A DNA stretch of 64,000 nucleotides. Origin: Spirogloea muscicola (lineage: Eukaryota). A program made the position numbers and the translations under genes. The notes under the pieces were generated by a model. It saw only the letters and a program-made list of their open reading frames with translations, did no database searches and was not told where the DNA came from. The DNA is taken from the NCBI GenBank assembly GCA_009602725.1, contig WELB01000003.1:341832-405831 (forward strand), given 5' to 3'. Shown here piece by piece: positions 59,395 through 64,000 of this stretch; position 1 is the first letter of the stretch; each line of letters starts with the position of its first letter.

Positions 59395-59790
59395 TTCATA
59401 GTCGCAGGCTATCAAGGCGTCAGCCGCGGACGGGAGGTAACCACCCTCGGCCGTGGCGGCTCAGATACAACGGCGGTGGCGCTAGCGGCTGCCCTAGGTG
59501 CGGCTGCATGCGAAATATATTCAGACGTAGACGGTATCTACACCGCCGATCCGAATGTTTGTCCACAGGCACAACGGTTACCCCAGGTGCCCTACGCCTT
59601 GATGCATGCCATGGCAGGCGCCGGAGCCAAAGTGCTCAATGTCGATGCCGTCGAGTTGCGCGGCGCGCGGGAGTGGATATCGTCGCTCAGAAAACGGCGG
59701 ATGCCAGCAGGCCGACAAAACACAATCGCAGCCAACAATGTGTTCACTGTTTGTCACAACGGTGGCTGGCTCTCAACTTGCAGCTCAGGT
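59395..59790 (+). pseudogene. lysC: Aspartate kinase catalytic-domain fragment (bacterial), frameshifted
   Basis: [47 protein letters not shown]...[12 protein letters not shown], continuing after a frameshift near 59657 as ARRAGVDIV. Confidence 0.93.
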
Positions 59791-59824
59791 ATCGTCAGGC
59801 GTCCTCCATGAAAGGTAAACTTGA

Positions 59825-60142
59825 ATGAAGCCATTTACGACCCTAAACGACGCGGCCCGGCAATGGCAACACGACGTGTGGCGCCTAAAGCAGCGATTAA
59901 TCGGCCAGATCCCGCCGGGTAGCACGATGTTGGCACTGCTGCGGCCGGATCCAGGGCCTACACCGCTGCCACTGCGTCGTGTCATGGAGCCCCTTGTAGC
60001 CATTGGCGCACTTGTCGCGCTGCTGGCATTGCTCGGCGTGGGAGCGCTGTCATTCACCCTTTTTATGTTGGTTAGCGTCCTGATGTATGCCATTTTAACC
60101 CAGGTTTTTGGGATCAAGCTGGGCATGCTGCAGCCAAGTTAG
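59825..60142 (+). CDS. Small bacterial-type membrane protein, apparently complete
   Basis: 105 aa with two C-terminal TM helices and a purine-rich GAAAGG (Shine-Dalgarno-like) just upstream of the ATG. Confidence 0.55.
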   Translation: MKPFTTLNDAARQWQHDVWRLKQRLIGQIPPGSTMLALLRPDPGPTPLPLRRVMEPLVAIGALVALLALLGVGALSFTLFMLVSVLMYAILTQVFGIKLGMLQPS

Positions 60143-60443
60143 TACAAGCTCCTACTCCCGATGGATGCCTCTCACGACGGTCACTGCGTGCACTCTCTCC
60201 TGCCAAGATCTGCAGTCATGCGGGCCCCCTACACCATGCATCAAGGCTATGGCTGCCTGATGCGCAAAATATGCACGTTTGTATTCCAGCCAACTCACTA
60301 TCCGGCACAGAGCGCCGAACGGGTGCGCGCCTTTAGCCAAGAAGGTGTTTTGGTATACGTCACCCGCGGTCACTCGGCCTGGCTGGCACTTTGTTTTGAC
60401 TTCGTCCTTCAGGATGTGATAAATCCTAGCGGGGGTTGAAAAA

Positions 60444-60827
60444 ATGAGTAGCATAGAAGCAATGCAGGCTTTGCGTTCGGCGGGCTTAGATTCTAGAGTA
60501 GCTGAGGCCATGGTTATCCATCTTGAAAGAATTATTGACAACCGGGTGGCCACCAAAGCTGACGTGTCCGAGTTACAGAAAGAGACTTCAGGCTTACGTG
60601 TCGAAATCAGGACCGGTTTAGCCGAGTTAAAGTCCGAATTAAAGTCCGATTTACAGAAGGAGATTTCAGGCTTACGTGCCGATACTAAGGCCGAAATTCC
60701 CTCATTGCGGGCCAAGACGATGAAAGCTATCCACGATGCCAAGTTTCAGCTGATTGCCTTGATGATTACGCTTTTTGTGCTTAACGGCGGCAGCATGATT
60801 TTGCTACGGATCTTCGCTGCCCATTGA
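60444..60827 (+). CDS. CCDC90/DUF1640-like coiled-coil protein with C-terminal TM anchor, apparently complete
   Basis: LRSAGLDSRVAEAM...VATKADV, heptad repeats (ELKSELKSDL) and a hydrophobic tail. GGGGG lies upstream of the ATG. Confidence 0.75.
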   Translation: MSSIEAMQALRSAGLDSRVAEAMVIHLERIIDNRVATKADVSELQKETSGLRVEIRTGLAELKSELKSDLQKEISGLRADTKAEIPSLRAKTMKAIHDAKFQLIALMITLFVLNGGSMILLRIFAAH

Positions 60828-61479
60828 CCGTTTGATACGTAACGCAGGTATCCTGTTCAACTGGCTGACACTGCCGAGGAAGACCTGAAACTCGAGCATA
60901 TCGTCCAATAGACTGACGCATTGGCGACGTCTAAGTTTATATATCCCGGTGAGCATCCCAACCAAACCCGTCAGGCGCGGCCCAAAAGGTGGCGCAGGAT
61001 TTTATCTGCCATATTGGCCGCGCTCCGATGGCCACAACAACAGGTGACGGCATGGCCACGTATTTCAGTAATGTACACAATGACGGGAGACAAGTCGGCG
61101 ATTTTATAGCGCCGAGTATCTGAATCAGCGGTTTCTGGCAATGGCCGCCGGCAGTTTTCGCACTCCGGCGGGTAGACATCGATAACCTTTAAGTTTTTCG
61201 GTATCGGCCAGTCGCCACCATTACCTCAATGTCCTTTCTTGCTAACTGGCTGCGTGCAGCCAAGGTTCTCAGCGGCTTGCACCATAATCGTTTTCACGCA
61301 AAAACTGATATTCCCGTGATTCAACCTTTGCGGACCGGCTGTTAGCATCGCAAACTGTTACCAGACCTTGACAGACCTTGACTCAACCATGTCACAGATG
61401 TATGGGTTTTAAACGATATTTCAGCCAGTTCATCGGTACTTGAACATGACACAAACAACATGCTGAAGACACGCAGTTA

Positions 61480-61603
61480 ATGAGTAGCAGCCTATTATTC
61501 AAAAGAAAGCCTGTAAGCGTTTTACAGCAAGAGGCAGCTGATATTAACGGCCTAATGCGTTCTATCGACTTAATGATGCTGAGTGTCGGCGCAATGCTCG
61601 GAC
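61480..61603 (+). pseudogene. APC-family amino acid permease N-terminal fragment (bacterial)
   Basis: MSSSLLFKRKPV...LMRS-IDLMMLSVGAMLG, compared with the family pattern LFRRK...LKRxLxxxDLxxLGVGAIIG. It has a small internal deletion and stops immediately afterwards. Confidence 0.65.
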
Positions 61604-61638
61604 CAAGTTGATTCAATGAAGCAACGCCACGTGGCACT

Positions 61639-62187
61639 ATGAACAACTTGCGGGTTTGCTCGCCAGCATCAATGAGCAGTATTCCAAACCGAGACGCCAC
61701 GGGCACACCGCATCCCGTGCGCATGATTGATCCGCCTGTTTTCAGCGCTCTAAAGCCAAATAACCTCGCCGACTCCTTCTTCAAAAATGGCTACGTGGTG
61801 GTGGATGACGTGTCACGTCCCCAACAGCGCAACGCTGTGGTCACGATCATCGATCAGTTGGCAGCAAACCCGCAGACGCGGTGGGCGGGCTTTATGGACT
61901 TTTACCACGACGACTCACTCGCTCAGCTGCGACAGAGTCCCCATCTGTATCAGGTTTTTACGCGGATCTTTGGCACCTACAAGCTGTGGACGGTTTTCGA
62001 CCGCGTTGTTCATTGGCGTGCCAGCGAAGGGGATCAACCCCTGCCACCCCATGTCTCTGGGACTCTCGAACCACCCATAGCCGCTACCGCGGCGAGCCCA
62101 CAGGCGATCGCTATGCGGCGCTCATTACCTACAAGCCTGCATTGAACGACCCTGCCCTGCTGACACTGCGCATGACCCATTTCGCCA
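61639..62187 (+). pseudogene. Phytanoyl-CoA dioxygenase (PhyH) family gene with internal deletion
   Basis: FFKNGYVVV...LRQSPHLYQVF..IFG..KLWTVFDR...LPPHV is cut at the HxD motif (~62053) and resumes in another frame as WDSRTTHS...RYAALITYKPA. Confidence 0.7.
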
Positions 62188-62340
62188 ATGGCCCTGCGCT
62201 TTGCGGCGCCGGTCATTGTTGCTTGGACGCATCGCCATCCAGGCGGTCACATGCTGCATGTAGAACGGCTTGAATTCACGCCCAGTGGCGACAAACACGC
62301 TGACGTGCTGCGACTCACCGCCGCGATGACCGCGCGCGAC
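62188..62340 (+). pseudogene. Lipid A lauroyl/myristoyl acyltransferase (LpxL/HtrB family) C-terminal fragment
   Basis: MALRFAAPVIVAWTHRHPGGHMLHVERL...DVLRLTAAMTAR resembles the LA.RTGAPV...R...G region of this family. Confidence 0.55.
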
Positions 62341-62526
62341 CACTGCCGAGAGAGAGCGCTTGAAAAGGCCTGCGACTGTCCTCAATATGCAGTCACAGTC
62401 TTACTCCAGAGAGCCGATGAAGGTCCGCGACGACGGGCTGCAGCAGCGGGCAGCAGCAGGGCTGCATCGGCGGGCTGCAGCAGCAGGCGGCAGCAGGGCT
62501 ACGCCTCAATCTCGCGCGGGCTTCAC

Positions 62527-63008
62527 TGATGTTGACCGGGTACCCCGACTCTGGTCTCAGCCCTACTTATAGTGCTTCATGTGCCTCCCCCCCCAGGGGT
62601 CTGTGGGAGGCTCGTCTCAAGGCCCACCTTCGCGAAGGCGGGCCCAACAAGGGGAAACTAGTGCGAGGGCAGGCTACGCGGCTCCCTTCTGGAAGCGGCG
62701 GCCGTCCTGCGGAGCGGCCCAGAGGTGCCGCCGTGCGGCGCCGGTTCGCGGCGCCGCTCTGCGCGTCACAGACGCGTGGTGGCGTAGTCGGCGCGCCACA
62801 CGTCTCTCGGCGGCCGGTTCGAGAACCCGCCGAGGATCTCCTCTCTGGGAGCCCAAGGTGCGCCGCCTCTTCTAGAGGCGGCGCGCCTGCACGTCACATC
62901 GTCAGCAGGCGTGTCACGACGCGCGTCACCTCGCGCGTCGCTTGCGCGTTGCATGCGCGTCGCACGTGCGTCGCACGTGCGTCGCACGCGTCAGTCCCGT
63001 GTACGTCA
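62527..63008 (+). mobile_element. LTR-like sequence followed by a PBS-like motif and leader; boundaries approximate
   Basis: TGATG...CGTCA termini followed by GTGGTTACAACCGAGC. Related to 54155-54653. Confidence 0.55.
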
Positions 63009-63130
63009 GTGGTTACAACCGAGCGCTAAACTCGAAGTCAAGCGTCTCGTAACGGCGGGGACGCTGCAGCTCTGCTGCTGACTTAAGCAGCCCCGCTGCT
63101 GCCTGCTGCCGCCGCTGCCGCCACAGCTCT

Positions 63131-64000
63131 TGTAAGGAACCTCGCCCTACACACGCAGGTAGGGTGAGCAGTCCTTCTTGAGTTCGGCTGTAGGGGTTTA
63201 GGGACCAACCCACTACACAGGCAAAGCACTAGCGCATAGGCGCAGCGGAAGACAGGCCCCGTGGCGCCGCCGTCCGGCGGCGACTCCACCTCCTGGGCGC
63301 AGGCCGGCGCAGCAGGCCCCGCAGCAAGGTACGGCGGCGGCTGCGGCGGCGAGCAGCGGCAAGGCTGCTCCTGGGCTTCACCGGCTCGAATTTTCCCCGA
63401 GCCTCAGCCCCCAAGGCTCTTCGTGCTTCCCCGTGCCACCCCCCCCCCCCAGGGGTGTGAGCGGGTCGCCCCAAGGCCTGCCCTTGCGGGCGGGCACAAG
63501 GTCCCCCCTTGGCAGGGTGGAACCTGGCGAGGGATATTTCTGGACGGGCGGGACACTTGCCCGGCAAGCCAGCCCGCCACCTGGCGGGCCCACTTGTCCC
63601 AAATAGCCGGTCATGTAATGCCAACAGAGCCATGTGGCTTCACCAAATGGCTGGTTCATTACATACCTCCCCACTCTGGTGTTCACGTCCTCGGGAACAA
63701 CGAGAAAACAGCCGACAGGTATTAAGATGGCCGACGGCTGCTGCCTCTACCAAGCCTAGGAGAATCACCACCCTTGGCCAGGTATTCCCTGAGAGCATCT
63801 GGACAATTTGCCAAATTGGCCGCAGGCTCCCACGTGTTGTGCTCAGGCCCATACCCGAGCCACTTAACCAGATACTCACGGGTCTTACGCCCTCGAGGCT
63901 TGTCCCTGTGAGACAAGATCTCTTCCACCTCAAACTCAAGATCATCCTCGATGACTAGTGGAGGTGGGGGCGGTTGGACACGACCATCTGAAAGGAAGGC
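63131..64000 (-). mobile_element. 3' end of a Ty3/gypsy chromovirus: chromodomain, polypurine tract (PPT) and 3' LTR (63131-63663)
   Basis: [11 protein letters not shown]...[22 protein letters not shown] chromodomain. PPT gagtggggaggta (63676-63664) abuts the LTR, whose termini are tgtaatgaacc/ggttccttaca on the minus strand. Confidence 0.93.

Noticed and set aside
54654..62345. Mosaic as a repeat-spacer array or integron cassette array
   Set aside because: No recurring repeat or attC-like site is visible between fragments, and most genes are cut internally.
63009..63026. Self-priming (Tf1-like) primer-binding site
   Set aside because: No convincing complementary sequence was found in the adjacent LTR, and the LTR end itself is uncertain.

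Overview
Intron-rich eukaryotic genomic DNA from a green plant lineage, most likely a streptophyte alga (inferred from a plant-type gene set). Bases 1-42.5 kb are a dense block of housekeeping genes: FtsH7/9-like protease, a candidate unannotated 113-aa spliced gene, RLPH phosphatase, complex I ferredoxin, TMEM87/LUSTR, TOR kinase, U11/U12 snRNP35, ATXR7/SET1-like methyltransferase, COX6B and CCR4. These genes have very GC/CpG-rich 5' ends and several GC-AG introns. After a poly-A/T/N gap (42.5-43 kb) comes a nested transposon region: CRE-like non-LTR retrotransposons with a restriction-like endonuclease (RLE), including a ~1.2 kb tail-to-tail inverted duplication; a solo LTR with target-site duplication (TSD); and Ty3/gypsy chromovirus pieces. 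The main surprise is at ~54.65-62.35 kb: a ~7.7 kb intron-less patchwork of about ten bacterial gene fragments. It includes aspartate kinase in two out-of-order pieces, FeoB, a Myxococcota-type ABC permease, an APC permease, a PhyH-family dioxygenase, a lipid A acyltransferase and a CCDC90-like ORF. The patchwork is partly decayed, has a fold-back hairpin at one junction, and is bracketed by two related LTR-like sequences in opposite orientation. All calls come from reading motifs by eye; no searches were run.
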